A stretch of DNA of 64,000 nt, from NCBI GenBank assembly GCA_964608215.1, contig CAZSMV010000002.1, positions 1,913 through 65,912 on the forward strand, given 5' to 3'. How positions within the stretch are numbered: position 1 is the stretch's first letter; each line of letters begins with the position of its first letter. Source of the stretch: an uncultured Staphylococcaceae bacterium. Lineage in GTDB: Bacteria > Bacillota_I > Bacilli_A > RFN20 > CAG-826. Shown one piece after another: positions 28,507 to 38,038 of the stretch. Below the pieces are notes generated by a model that worked only from the letters and a program-made list of their open reading frames with translations, had not been told where the DNA came from and did not search any database. The translations under genes were made by a program, and so were the position numbers.

Positions 28507-30345
28507 ATGAAAGATAAGAAAATGGAAAGGGAAGTTAACCTCCCTCAAAGTAATCAAAAAACTAAAGATTATGCAAAAGTCAATAATGGTGTTTTCGTTT
28601 ATACTTCTTCTTTAACTGTTAGTGATCTTGCAAAAAAATTAAATGTTCAACCAAGCGATATTATTAAAAAGTTATTTTTACAAAAGAAATTAGTAACTAT
28701 TAATCAATACTTGGATGATGATACCATTGGTGAACTTTGTCTTGAGTATGGCTATGATTTCAAAAAAGAAGAAATTGTTAATGAGGAAGATTTTGAAAAA
28801 GTTAATCTAGAAGAAGATCCAAAAGATTTAGTTGAACGACCTCCAGTTGTTACTGTTATGGGACACGTTGATCATGGTAAAACAACTTTGATAGATGCTA
28901 TTAGAAATAGTAATTTAGCTGGTGCTGAATTTGGTGGTATTTCCCAAGAAATTGGTGCTTATCAAAAGGCATATAAAAATAAGAAAATAACTTTTATTGA
29001 TACTCCGGGACACGAAGCTTTTAGCGCTATGAGAGCTAGAGGAGCAAGTGTTACTGATATTGTAATTTTAGTCGTTGCTGCAGATGATGGAGTTATGCCT
29101 CAAACAATTGAAGCTATCGATCACGCTAAAGCGGCTAAAGTTCCTATTATTGTTGCAATCAATAAGATTGATGCTCCTGGAAGCAATCCAAATAAGGTTT
29201 TAGAAGGATTGATGGCTCACGATATCATTCCTGAAAAATATGGTGGTGATGTTATTTGTTGTGAAGTAAGCGCAAAAAATAAAACCGGTATTGATGATTT
29301 GCTTGAAGCAGTATTATTACAAGCAGAAATGCTTGAACTTAAGGCGAATCCTAAACGTTATGCAATTGGAACTGTTCTTGAAGCAGAACTTGATAAGGGC
29401 GAAGGCCCAAAAGCAACTTTGCTTGTTCAAAATGGAACTTTAACTGCAAACGATTATGTTGTCGTTGGTACAACATATTGTAAAGTTAGAAGAATGACAA
29501 ATGAATTTTCACAAGTTGTTAAAGTGGCAACCCCTGCAACTCCAGTAAGTGTTATTGGACTTAGTGAAGTTCCATTAGCAGGTGATCACTTTATGGCTTT
29601 CCCAAGTGAAAAACAAGCTAAGGAAATTGCTGAAAAACGTAGAGTTAAAAAAGTTGAAGAAGAAAGGAAAAATGCTGTTGGAATTACTTCTTTAGATGAT
29701 GTTTATAAGAAAATTAATGAAAATTCAATGACTCTTATTAATATTGTTTTGAAAACTGATTCAACTGGAAGTGCTGAAGCTGTTAAAGCAAGCTTAGAAA
29801 AACTTAATAGCGATAAAGTCAAAATAAATGTTGTTAGAGCAGCAGCTGGAGCAATAACTGAAAGCGATGTTTTGCTTGCAAGTGCTTCAAAAGCAATTAT
29901 TTATGGTTTCAATGTTAGACCATCAGCAATGATTAAGAAAAAAGCTGAAGAAGAACATGTTGAAATCAGATTGCAACGTATTATTTATGCTTTAATTGAA
30001 GAAATGCAAGCAGCTATTAAAGGTATGCTTAAACAAGAAAAAGTTGAAAGTGTTACTGGACAAGCTGAAGTCAGAAGCACATTTAAATTATCAAAAGTTG
30101 GTGCAATTGCTGGCTGTTATGTTACTGATGGCTTCATAAAAAGAAATAATCCATGTCGTATTTTAAGAGATGGCGCAATTATGTATGAAGGAAAAATTGA
30201 TTCTTTAAAGAGATTTAAAGATGATGTTAAAGAAGTTGCAACTGGATATGAATGTGGTATTAAAATCGAAAACTATAACGATATTAAAATTGGTGATATA
30301 ATTGAAGGCTACGAAATGGTGGAGAAAGAAGATGGCGACTTATAA
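28507..30345 (+). CDS. infB: Translation initiation factor IF-2 (short N-terminal region)
   Basis: G-domain motifs are [18 protein letters not shown] and NKID. The C-terminal IF2 domains are present. The RBS is AAGGAGG. Confidence 0.95.
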   Translation: MKDKKMEREVNLPQSNQKTKDYAKVNNGVFVYTSSLTVSDLAKKLNVQPSDIIKKLFLQKKLVTINQYLDDDTIGELCLEYGYDFKKEEIVNEEDFEKVNLEEDPKDLVERPPVVTVMGHVDHGKTTLIDAIRNSNLAGAEFGGISQEIGAYQKAYKNKKITFIDTPGHEAFSAMRARGASVTDIVILVVAADDGVMPQTIEAIDHAKAAKVPIIVAINKIDAPGSNPNKVLEGLMAHDIIPEKYGGDVICCEVSAKNKTGIDDLLEAVLLQAEMLELKANPKRYAIGTVLEAELDKGEGPKATLLVQNGTLTANDYVVVGTTYCKVRRMTNEFSQVVKVATPATPVSVIGLSEVPLAGDHFMAFPSEKQAKEIAEKRRVKKVEEERKNAVGITSLDDVYKKINENSMTLINIVLKTDSTGSAEAVKASLEKLNSDKVKINVVRAAAGAITESDVLLASASKAIIYGFNVRPSAMIKKKAEEEHVEIRLQRIIYALIEEMQAAIKGMLKQEKVESVTGQAEVRSTFKLSKVGAIAGCYVTDGFIKRNNPCRILRDGAIMYEGKIDSLKRFKDDVKEVATGYECGIKIENYNDIKIGDIIEGYEMVEKEDGDL

Positions 30346-30673
30346 ATTAGAAAAGCTTAAAGCTATCATTTCAAGGAATATAAAAGAAATTTGTGAATTT
30401 GAACTAACTAATGAAAAAATAGGCTTTTTCACAATTACAGATGTTGTAGTTAGTGATGATCATAGTTATGCAAAAGTATTTGTTTCTTTTATTACAAATC
30501 AAAAAGAAGGAATTGAGAGACTTAATAGAGCAAAAGGTTATGTTCGTTCTTCATTAGCAAAGAAGATGGATACAAGAAGAGTGCCAGAAATTATATTTGT
30601 TTTGGATGATAGTTACGAAAAACAAAAACATTTTGAAGAAGTTTTGAAAGCTGCAGAAGATAAAATGAAATAA
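30332..30673 (+). CDS. rbfA: Ribosome-binding factor A
   Basis: [17 protein letters not shown]...VVVSDDHSYAKVFVS. ATG at 30332 follows GGAGAAAG and overlaps the infB stop by 14 nt. The track's 30302 start lies inside infB. Confidence 0.85.
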   Translation: MATYKLEKLKAIISRNIKEICEFELTNEKIGFFTITDVVVSDDHSYAKVFVSFITNQKEGIERLNRAKGYVRSSLAKKMDTRRVPEIIFVLDDSYEKQKHFEEVLKAAEDKMK

Positions 30674-30691
30674 AATTAAAACGGCATTTTG

Positions 30692-31846
30692 TTAATCAAA
30701 GATGTCGTTTTCTTTTGAAATTTCTTTTGTATATAAATCTACTGAATTTTTACTAAAACCAAGCGAAGTAAATATATCTATATCTTCTTTTTTATTAAAA
30801 TTTTTAATTGTTAATTTACATGGATTATATTTTTGATAATAGATATTGCATAATTCTTTTAGGCCAAGAATGAATTTTTTTTCATTTATGAATTTATAAG
30901 AATTAATTAAAAAATTACGATGTTCATCTATGCACTTTATAGCAATAATAGCATTCATTTTTTGTTTTTCATAAAGCAAAAAATGAATAGAATTCTTTTC
31001 TAAAAAGTTTTTATAATTATCACCTAAAAATTTAACTTCTTCTATAAAATCATCTTTCATAATTGATGTTTTAAAGTACAAATTTGTTCCTTCAATTTTT
31101 TGCTCTATATGAGAATAGAAAATATCTTCTTTTTCATAATTGAACATTAAATTTAGGAAATTTTCACGACTTGAAGGAAATTCTTCATATATGCTATTAA
31201 GTATATTTTTTATTGTTTCTCTTTTTGTAAATTTGTCATTAGGACAATGGGATGGTGCAACTTCAATATTTTCCTCTTCGCAAAGTCTTTTTAAATCTTC
31301 TTCTTTTGCTAAAACAAGAGGTCTAATGAATGTTATGTCTTCTCTAGAAAGAACCATTTTTGGAGAAAACGTTGCTATTCTTCCTCCATATATTTCGTTA
31401 AGAAAAAGAGTTTCAATTGCATCGTCCCTATGATGAGCAAAGGCAACTTTATTGCAACCAAGTGTATGGGCAACCTTATTAATAATTGCTTTTTTCATTT
31501 TGCTACAAATTGAACAAGGTAAATGAGGAGTATTTTGCTTTTCTTTTTGAATTTTTAATATTGGATAAACAGTTTTTCCATCTGCAATATATAGGTTATA
31601 TCCAAGTTTTTTTGCGAATTCTTCTTCTATTTTTGGCGAAAAATTTTCAAAACCTAAATCTATAATACATGGATAAATTTCAAACTTAGTTTTTGAAAAT
31701 TTTTTATATAAATGCATAGCATAAAACATGGCCATACTATCTTTTCCACCACTTATTCCTAAGCAAATTTTGTCGCCATCATTTATTAAATTGAATGTAT
31801 TATCTGCTGTTCTAATACATGCTAGTATTACTCTTATTGCCTTCAT
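30692..31846 (-). CDS. PP-loop ATPase of the TtcA/tRNA-thiolation family fused to an uncharacterised C-terminal domain
   Basis: Motifs are the PP-loop GISGGKDS, CSICSKMKK, HHRDDAIETLFLN and CPND. The C-terminal 140 aa or so have no motif I recognise. Confidence 0.7.
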   Translation of the reverse strand: MKAIRVILACIRTADNTFNLINDGDKICLGISGGKDSMAMFYAMHLYKKFSKTKFEIYPCIIDLGFENFSPKIEEEFAKKLGYNLYIADGKTVYPILKIQKEKQNTPHLPCSICSKMKKAIINKVAHTLGCNKVAFAHHRDDAIETLFLNEIYGGRIATFSPKMVLSREDITFIRPLVLAKEEDLKRLCEEENIEVAPSHCPNDKFTKRETIKNILNSIYEEFPSSRENFLNLMFNYEKEDIFYSHIEQKIEGTNLYFKTSIMKDDFIEEVKFLGDNYKNFLEKNSIHFLLYEKQKMNAIIAIKCIDEHRNFLINSYKFINEKKFILGLKELCNIYYQKYNPCKLTIKNFNKKEDIDIFTSLGFSKNSVDLYTKEISKENDIFD

Positions 31847-31905
31847 GGAATTATTCTTTCAATTTTAAACGCTCTTAATTATAATATTTCAGTGGGAAAA
31901 ATAAA

Positions 31906-32808
31906 ATGGAAGTAAGATATATTAAAGACTTTAAACATATAGATTCTAATATTAAAAATTTAAGTTTAGTTTTAGGTTATTTTGATGGTGTTCATATTGG
32001 CCATGTTCATTTAATTAATTATGCAAAAATGAATAGTAATGGACCAGTTGGTGTTGTTACTTTTGATAAACCTTTAAAATCTATTGAGGGATCGATTACA
32101 ACATTAGATGAAAAAATAGAATTAATTGAACAACTCAAAATTGATTATGTTTTCGTTCTTGTGGTTGATGATAAATTTAAACATATGTCTTATATTGATT
32201 TTATAAATAAAGTTTTAAAGAAATTTAATCCTAAAACTATTTTTTGCGGAAACGATTTTACATTTGGTTATGAAGCAAAAGGCAATGTATACGATTTAAA
32301 AATGACTTTTGCAAACGTTCAAGTTATGAATTATGTTAATGATTATAATCATAAAAAGATATCTAGTTCTAATATCAAGAAATTAATAAAAGATGGTCAA
32401 GTGAAAGAAGCAAGTGTATTTTTGGGCAGGCAATACGCATTAATTGGTACTGTTAGTCACGGATTTAAAGAAGGAACAAAATTAGGCAGACCCACTGCAA
32501 ATTTAGAACCTATAGAAAATTTAATTATTCCTAAAGATGGGGTTTATATTACAAGAACCAAAATCGATAAGAAGTTATATGATTCAATTACAAATATAGG
32601 GACTCATCCAACTATCAATAAAGTAGAAAAATCTACAATTGAAACTTATATAATGGGTCTAAACAAAAATTTATATGGTAAAGAAATAACTATTTCTTTT
32701 TATAAAAGGCTTAGAGATGAAGTAAAATTTGAATCTATTGAAAAATTAGAAGACCAAATAACAAAAGATATTGATGATGCAGTAGAATATTTAAAGAATA
32801 ATTTATAA
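31906..32808 (+). CDS. ribF: Bifunctional riboflavin kinase/FAD synthetase
   Basis: LGYFDGVHIGH is the FAD synthetase motif, and GRPTANL...THPT lies in the kinase part. The gene is located downstream of rbfA. Confidence 0.9.
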   Translation: MEVRYIKDFKHIDSNIKNLSLVLGYFDGVHIGHVHLINYAKMNSNGPVGVVTFDKPLKSIEGSITTLDEKIELIEQLKIDYVFVLVVDDKFKHMSYIDFINKVLKKFNPKTIFCGNDFTFGYEAKGNVYDLKMTFANVQVMNYVNDYNHKKISSSNIKKLIKDGQVKEASVFLGRQYALIGTVSHGFKEGTKLGRPTANLEPIENLIIPKDGVYITRTKIDKKLYDSITNIGTHPTINKVEKSTIETYIMGLNKNLYGKEITISFYKRLRDEVKFESIEKLEDQITKDIDDAVEYLKNNL

Positions 32809-32822
32809 AGAATGGGGAATTT

Positions 32823-33581
32823 ATGAAAAAAATTGAACTTAAACCATATTTCGAAGTTAAACCATGGGCTGGAGAAAAATTAACTAATATTTTTTCGGCT
32901 CCTAAATCTTCAGGCGAGGCTTGGCTTGTTTCTTGTATTAAAAATAAAGAATCTAAACTTGAAAATGGCGAACTATTATCATCATTTGTAAAAGATCATT
33001 ATGAGGAACTTGGTTTAAACAAAGATGAAGAATTTCCAGTTTTAATTAAAATTATTGATGCTAAAGAAGACTTATCAATTCAAGTTCATCCAGATGATGA
33101 ATATGCAATTTCTAAAGGTTATAAAAATGGAAAATATGAATGTTGGTATATTCTCCCAGAAACTATAAACAACAAAATTATTTTTGGAGTAAAAGAAAAT
33201 ACATCAAAAGATGAACTTAAAGAAGCAATAAAAAAAGGAATGTTAGAAGATTATTTAATATATAAAGATATTAAAGCTAAAGATTATCTTAAAGTTGTTC
33301 CAGGAACTGTTCATGCTATTTTAAGTAATACTTTTATTCTTGAAGTACAAGATCCATGTGATATTACTTATCGACTTTATGATTATAATAGACTTCCTAA
33401 AAGAGAACTACATGTTGAAGATAGTTTGAATGTTATTTATAAAAATAAAGGACATGTAGATTTAGCAAAATATGCCGTTATTGACAATGTAGATAGTTTT
33501 ATTATCAATATTAAAGGGTATGATAAATTTTATGTTGAAATCGAAAAGGGAAATTATAAAACTTATCTTGTTATTAAATAG
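32823..33581 (+). CDS. Class I mannose-6-phosphate isomerase (short form)
   Basis: Motifs are KPWAGEKL, LSIQVHPDDEYA (metal-binding) and VPGTVHAI. Confidence 0.75.
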   Translation: MKKIELKPYFEVKPWAGEKLTNIFSAPKSSGEAWLVSCIKNKESKLENGELLSSFVKDHYEELGLNKDEEFPVLIKIIDAKEDLSIQVHPDDEYAISKGYKNGKYECWYILPETINNKIIFGVKENTSKDELKEAIKKGMLEDYLIYKDIKAKDYLKVVPGTVHAILSNTFILEVQDPCDITYRLYDYNRLPKRELHVEDSLNVIYKNKGHVDLAKYAVIDNVDSFIINIKGYDKFYVEIEKGNYKTYLVIK

Positions 33582-33699
33582 TCGTGATTTGATGCTAAAA
33601 AAATCAAAAATGAATTATAAATTGTCATGAAGGGATCTCATTGCTTTTATATTATTTTTTTAAAATTGTGCACATATAAAAAAAGTGTATAAAAAAATA

Positions 33700-33773
33700 T
33701 TTACAAGACTATCATATTTTGCTATATTAAATATATAGAGTTTAACTACCCCCTTAGCTAAGCTCTATTTTTT
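33700..33773 (+). promoter_or_regulatory. Promoter followed at once by a 5' hairpin and a U-run
   Basis: TTTACA (33700-33705), a 17-nt spacer and TATATT (33723-33728). A 9-bp stem follows at 33735-33768 with a 16-nt loop AACUACCCCCUUAGCU, then TTTTTTAT. Confidence 0.45.
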
Positions 33774-33855
33774 ATCTTTTGATAAAGTTGAAAATTATTA
33801 GAATTTTATTTCTTCGTTTTCAAAATAAAGATTTTTATTATATCTTAATTATGTT

Positions 33856-34386
33856 TTGAAAATGAAATTGATAAATAAATTTAAAAAAATAAATTTATAT
33901 TTTAAAAATGTTGGAGCATATGAAATTATGTCTCTTGTTTTAACATTTATTTTTTCTATGTACAACTTATATTTAGGCATCTTTGAAGGCATTGTTTGGA
34001 ACTATGGCGTTTCTTTTTATTACTTGCTTTCATTAATTATAAAACTAATTTCAACAATAGCTCTATTTAGGTCAAAAAAGAAAAATAAAGAATATCCTAA
34101 ATTTATTTTTATATTTTCATCCCTTTTATTGATTTTAACTTCATTATCGATGGTAGCTCCTGCTATTTTAATGATAAATAATCTTAGAGAAGTAGATGTT
34201 GATTTTATTCCTTCTCTAATAATTGCATGTTTTGTCACAGTTAGGGTTGTACTTTTGATTATTCAATATAAGAATTCAAAAAGCGATAAATCTTTGTACT
34301 TTGTACAATCAAGAGAAATTAACTTTAAATACAGTATCAACAATATTTTCAATATTAACTTTGCAAAATACATTAATCGCTGTTAA
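33856..34386 (+). CDS. Hypothetical multi-pass membrane protein (possibly frameshifted near its 3' end)
   Basis: It has hydrophobic helices. A likely true start is ATG 33928 after GGAG. The 3' end overlaps ORF 34301-34540 in another frame. Confidence 0.5.
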   Translation: MKMKLINKFKKINLYFKNVGAYEIMSLVLTFIFSMYNLYLGIFEGIVWNYGVSFYYLLSLIIKLISTIALFRSKKKNKEYPKFIFIFSSLLLILTSLSMVAPAILMINNLREVDVDFIPSLIIACFVTVRVVLLIIQYKNSKSDKSLYFVQSREINFKYSINNIFNINFAKYINRC

Positions 34387-34540
34387 TGGTGGTGTAGATA
34401 TAGAAATGACAATACTTTCAGAAGTTTCTACATGCATCCTTTTATTTTTTGTATTTATAATAACTATTATTTCTTTATTTAAAGGATTAAAAAAAGCACA
34501 AAATCTAAAAATACCCTTGATTGCGAAGAATCATAAATGA
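34301..34540 (+). CDS. Hypothetical membrane ORF, probably the displaced C-terminus of the preceding gene
   Basis: It encodes further TM segments (TVSTIFSILTLQNTLIAV..., TCILLFFVFIITIISLF). The frame is open from 34259. It has no RBS of its own. Confidence 0.3.
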   Translation: MYNQEKLTLNTVSTIFSILTLQNTLIAVNGGVDIEMTILSEVSTCILLFFVFIITIISLFKGLKKAQNLKIPLIAKNHK

Positions 34541-34677
34541 AGTTTCAATTTTTGAATCGTATTTTTCCTTAATTTATTTTTCAAGATTAATGTTTTTTTA
34601 TAGAGCTTTTTAATACTTTTTAAACTAAAAAAATATTTAATAAATTAAATAATAATTTACTTTTTGCCATTTTTTTG

Positions 34678-34691
34678 TGAAAGCGTTTTCA
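34678..34691. promoter_or_regulatory. Catabolite-responsive element (cre), perfect match
   Basis: TGAAAGCGTTTTCA fits TGWAANCGNTNWCA at all defined positions. Confidence 0.6.
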
Positions 34692-34700
34692 TGCAAAAAA

Positions 34701-34714
34701 TGTAAACGCTTACG
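34701..34714. promoter_or_regulatory. Second cre-like box abutting a -35 element
   Basis: TGTAAACGCTTACG has one mismatch at the last position. It ends 3 nt before TTTACA (34718-34723). Confidence 0.5.
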
Positions 34715-34795
34715 CTATTTACACATCATTTTATAAGCATAAAATTATGTTGCTTTCAAAGAGAAAGCATTTTTGGAAAGAAGGAGGAAGATTTT

Positions 34796-34960
34796 ATGGA
34801 AAACAAAATGTTCCAAAATATTGATGAATTTGAAAAAGAATTTATTGGTGAAGAATCTTCAAATGGAAATGAAAACAGTGCTTCATTAACAAAAGATGAA
34901 CAAAGCTATGTTGCTCCAATCTGTGTTCATTTCGTAACTAATAATTTATTAATTCATTAA
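34796..34960 (+). CDS. Unannotated small acidic protein (54 aa), absent from the ORF track
   Basis: A strong RBS GAAGGAGGAAG lies 6-7 nt before the ATG. The product is MENKMFQNIDEFEKEFIGEESSNGNENSASLTKDEQSYVAPICVHFVTNNLLIH. It has its own promoter (TTTACA-16-TAAAAT) and terminator (35023-35048). Confidence 0.45.
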   Translation: MENKMFQNIDEFEKEFIGEESSNGNENSASLTKDEQSYVAPICVHFVTNNLLIH

Positions 34961-35022
34961 TTTTTATTAATACTTTATTAGCATGATTACTTCATGTAAT
35001 CAAATTCGTTTAATTATTATCG

Positions 35023-35048
35023 CTAGGATTATTTGTCCTAGTTTTTTT
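35023..35048 (+). terminator. Rho-independent terminator after the small ORF
   Basis: CTAGGA-TTATTTG-TCCTAG is followed by seven T. Confidence 0.6.
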
Positions 35049-35165
35049 ATTAAAAAAATAAATAAATTAATAAGGTACATTTATGAATTTTTGTCCTTTG
35101 AATCGTGTATTTAGTAGATATTATCTAGTTTTTATAAGAAAATAATTACAAAAGGAAAACAATTT

Positions 35166-36155
35166 ATGATATTTAATGATATTGAATTTTATAATGTTAG
35201 AGAAGTTGAATATGATACTAAACATAAAGCATATAATCTTTTAAGGTTGCCTAAAGTTGCCGAAACAAATATGGAACTACTAGGTATTAAATTTAATCGT
35301 TCAACAATAGGAGTTGAATTAAGATTTTATTTGGTTGATGATAAGGTAACAATAACTTTAAGAGGTAATAACGAGGATGGTGGTTTCTATATTTATTATG
35401 GCGATTTAGAAGCTGAATATTCGCAATTTACAACTGCCATAAGAATGAATGAAGAAATAAATATAAAAATAAAAAGAAATATTAATTTACAAGAAATAGA
35501 CGAAATAAATAAAAATAAAAAGAGTATTTATCCTTCTAATTTAGTTAGAATTGTTTTACATGGATCAATGGTTCAATTTGTTAAAAAAGTTGGTAAAACC
35601 AAAGCTGTTGAATCAAATTATAAGAATATTTTATTTTATGGTTCATCAATTACAGGGAATTGTATTTCATTAATTCCAAATAATGGATATCCATTCTTAA
35701 CAAGCAAATCTTTAAAATTAGATTTATTAAACTTAGGTTTTCCTGGAAGTTGTAGAATAGAAAAGGAAGTTGTTGATGAAATATCTAAAATAAATTTTGA
35801 TTGTGGTTTCTTTGAACTTGGAATAAATATTATTGATGAGATAAGTGTTGATGAATATAAAGAAAAATGTTCCTATTTATTAGAAAAGTTGGATAAATTA
35901 AATAAAACCTTATTTGTAACTGATATTTATCCTTATTTCAATTTAAATTGTGGTGTTAGCAATGACAAATTAAATTCTTTTAGAAATTGTCTAAAAGAAT
36001 TATCTAAAGGATATAAGAATGTTATATATATTCCGGGTTATGAATTGCTTAAATCTAAAACTAATTTATGTGCTGATTTGGTTCACCCAGATATAGATGG
36101 GCATAAAGAAATTTTTGAAAATCTTGCTAAAATTATAAAAGCAAAAATGCGATAA
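35166..36155 (+). CDS. SGNH/GDSL hydrolase with an N-terminal beta-sandwich-like domain (CE2-like acetylesterase candidate)
   Basis: Block I is LFYGSSITGN, and block V is DLVHPDIDGH near the C-terminus. The N-terminal domain of about 150 aa matches the CE2 two-domain layout. Confidence 0.65.
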   Translation: MIFNDIEFYNVREVEYDTKHKAYNLLRLPKVAETNMELLGIKFNRSTIGVELRFYLVDDKVTITLRGNNEDGGFYIYYGDLEAEYSQFTTAIRMNEEINIKIKRNINLQEIDEINKNKKSIYPSNLVRIVLHGSMVQFVKKVGKTKAVESNYKNILFYGSSITGNCISLIPNNGYPFLTSKSLKLDLLNLGFPGSCRIEKEVVDEISKINFDCGFFELGINIIDEISVDEYKEKCSYLLEKLDKLNKTLFVTDIYPYFNLNCGVSNDKLNSFRNCLKELSKGYKNVIYIPGYELLKSKTNLCADLVHPDIDGHKEIFENLAKIIKAKMR

Positions 36156-36178
36156 ATAATATAGAAATGAAAATTTGC

Positions 36179-36216
36179 TAACGCACTAATCAAAAAATTG
36201 ATTAGTGCGTTATTTT
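36179..36216 (+). terminator. Terminator of the SGNH hydrolase gene
   Basis: A 14-bp stem TAACGCACTAATCA/TGATTAGTGCGTTA is followed by TTTTAT. Confidence 0.75.
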
Positions 36217-36220
36217 ATAA

Positions 36221-36250
36221 AAAACAATCTTTGCGAACAAAGATTGTTTT
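36221..36250 (-). terminator. Terminator of the mannan-locus operon
   Basis: AAAACAATCTTT-GCGAAC-AAAGATTGTTTT. The minus strand reads the stem followed by a T-run. Confidence 0.7.
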
Positions 36251-36271
36251 AAGGAGATAAACACTATTTAA

Positions 36272-38005
36272 TTAAGCAATAGTTTTTTCACTAATTGGAT
36301 CAAAGATATGACATCTTGATGTATGGAAGTAGAGCTTCATCTTATCGCCAGATTTAATTGGATTAAGATATGGGACTTTACTAACAAGATCGACATCTGC
36401 GAGTGTAGTATGAATGTAATAATCATGACCTAAAAGTTCTGCGACTGAAACTTCAATATCAATTGGAGTAATTGCTTTGTTGTCTTTCATAGTCTTTTCA
36501 TCGTATAAGTGGACATTTTCAGGACGAATACCATAAGCAATTTCATGTTTTTCTTTTAGAGCTTTATTTGCAAATTCAATTTCTTTATTTACAAATTCTA
36601 TTCTTGCAGTCATTTGAGCAACTTTAGTATTGAGTTCTTTCTTATCAATAACTTTAATGCCTTTTTCAAGAAGCATATTTTGCCATTCAGCAAGTTTTAC
36701 TTTATCTTCTTCAAGTTCTGCTTTAGCAAGTTTAAGTTCATTCTTATAGAAATCATCATGAGCTTTCTTATAACCATCTGGTAAAGCAAATATGTAATCA
36801 CCAATTGTTACTTTCCCGTCTTCATAAATGCCTTTTAGGATATTCATATTTGGCGAACCAATGAATGTAGCGACAAATAAGTTAGCTGGGTGAGTATAGA
36901 TTTCAATTGGGGTACCAATTTGCTGTACTCTTCCTGCCTTCATAACAACAATTCTTGTTGCCATTGTCATAGCTTCGGTTTGATCGTGAGTAACATAAAT
37001 TGTAGTTGAGCCAAGAGATTCATGTAAGTGAACGATTTCAGCTCTCATCTTAACTCTTAACTTAGCATCTAAGTTAGAAAGTGGTTCATCCATTAAGAAG
37101 AGTTTTGCATGTCTTACAATAGCTCTACCAATAGCAACTCTTTGACGTTGACCACCAGAAAGTGCGCTTGGTTTTCTATTTAAATATGGTTGAATTTGTA
37201 AGATCTTAGCAGCAGTTTGAACTCTTTCATCGATTTCTTCTTTTGTGAATGCTCTAAAGACATGTTTGCCATTTTTAAAGAATTCACCTTTTTCATTAAG
37301 TTCTAAACCTTTTTCTTTTGCTTTAGAAACTTCATCATCAATCAATTTACTTTGTTCTTCTTCTTTAGTTTTAACAAATGATTTTAAATTTTTCTCATTT
37401 TCAAGATGCATTTCTAAGACTTCTTTAGCAGCTTTTTTAGAAACATCATATTTGCTCATTAAAGTACCTAAAGCATCAGTTCCTTTAATAACATTAAGAG
37501 CTTCATCTACATCTTTTAATACTTTTAATACTTCACTTGCAGTTCTATAAACTTCGCTATAATCATATGTTTTTTGATTTGTTAATGGGAACGCCATATT
37601 TTTATAAACTGACATATGAGGATAGAGAGCATAGCTTTGGAAAACCATTGCAAGACCTCTATCTTTTGGAGAGGCATTATTACAGCAACTTCCATCTATC
37701 CAAAGTTCACCACGAGTAATTTCTTCAAGACCAGCAACCATTCTTAAAGTGGTGGATTTACCACAACCAGATGGTCCAACGAAGACAATAAATTCGTGTT
37801 CTTTAATGTCTAAATTAAAATCATAAACAGCTTGAACGCCATTTGGATAAATTTTATCAATATGACGTAAAGAAGTGTAAGCTAAATCATCAGGCTTAAC
37901 TCTTCCTGGATGAGTTTTTCTATCTTTGTATAGAAATAATTCGCCAGGTTTTTCAACTGGACCATTAACTACTTTTTTGGTTTCTTCTTGTTTATTGAAT
38001 TTCAT
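36272..38005 (-). CDS. MalK/MsmX-type sugar ABC ATPase with an N-terminal extension and two large insertions
   Basis: Motifs are [55 protein letters not shown] and VTHDQ. There are 139 aa between AFPLT and LSGGQ. A second coiled-coil-like insertion lies in the C-terminal regulatory domain. Confidence 0.9.
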   Translation of the reverse strand: MKFNKQEETKKVVNGPVEKPGELFLYKDRKTHPGRVKPDDLAYTSLRHIDKIYPNGVQAVYDFNLDIKEHEFIVFVGPSGCGKSTTLRMVAGLEEITRGELWIDGSCCNNASPKDRGLAMVFQSYALYPHMSVYKNMAFPLTNQKTYDYSEVYRTASEVLKVLKDVDEALNVIKGTDALGTLMSKYDVSKKAAKEVLEMHLENEKNLKSFVKTKEEEQSKLIDDEVSKAKEKGLELNEKGEFFKNGKHVFRAFTKEEIDERVQTAAKILQIQPYLNRKPSALSGGQRQRVAIGRAIVRHAKLFLMDEPLSNLDAKLRVKMRAEIVHLHESLGSTTIYVTHDQTEAMTMATRIVVMKAGRVQQIGTPIEIYTHPANLFVATFIGSPNMNILKGIYEDGKVTIGDYIFALPDGYKKAHDDFYKNELKLAKAELEEDKVKLAEWQNMLLEKGIKVIDKKELNTKVAQMTARIEFVNKEIEFANKALKEKHEIAYGIRPENVHLYDEKTMKDNKAITPIDIEVSVAELLGHDYYIHTTLADVDLVSKVPYLNPIKSGDKMKLYFHTSRCHIFDPISEKTIA

Positions 38006-38038
38006 AAATTTCTATTCCTTTCTATGAATTTTTATTAA

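Noticed and set aside
33735-33768. Short promoter-proximal hairpin considered as a preQ1-I-type mini-riboswitch.
   Set aside because: It lacks the A-rich 3' tail and loop consensus of the B. subtilis and T. tengcongensis preQ1 aptamers as I recall them. The downstream gene is unrelated to queuosine.
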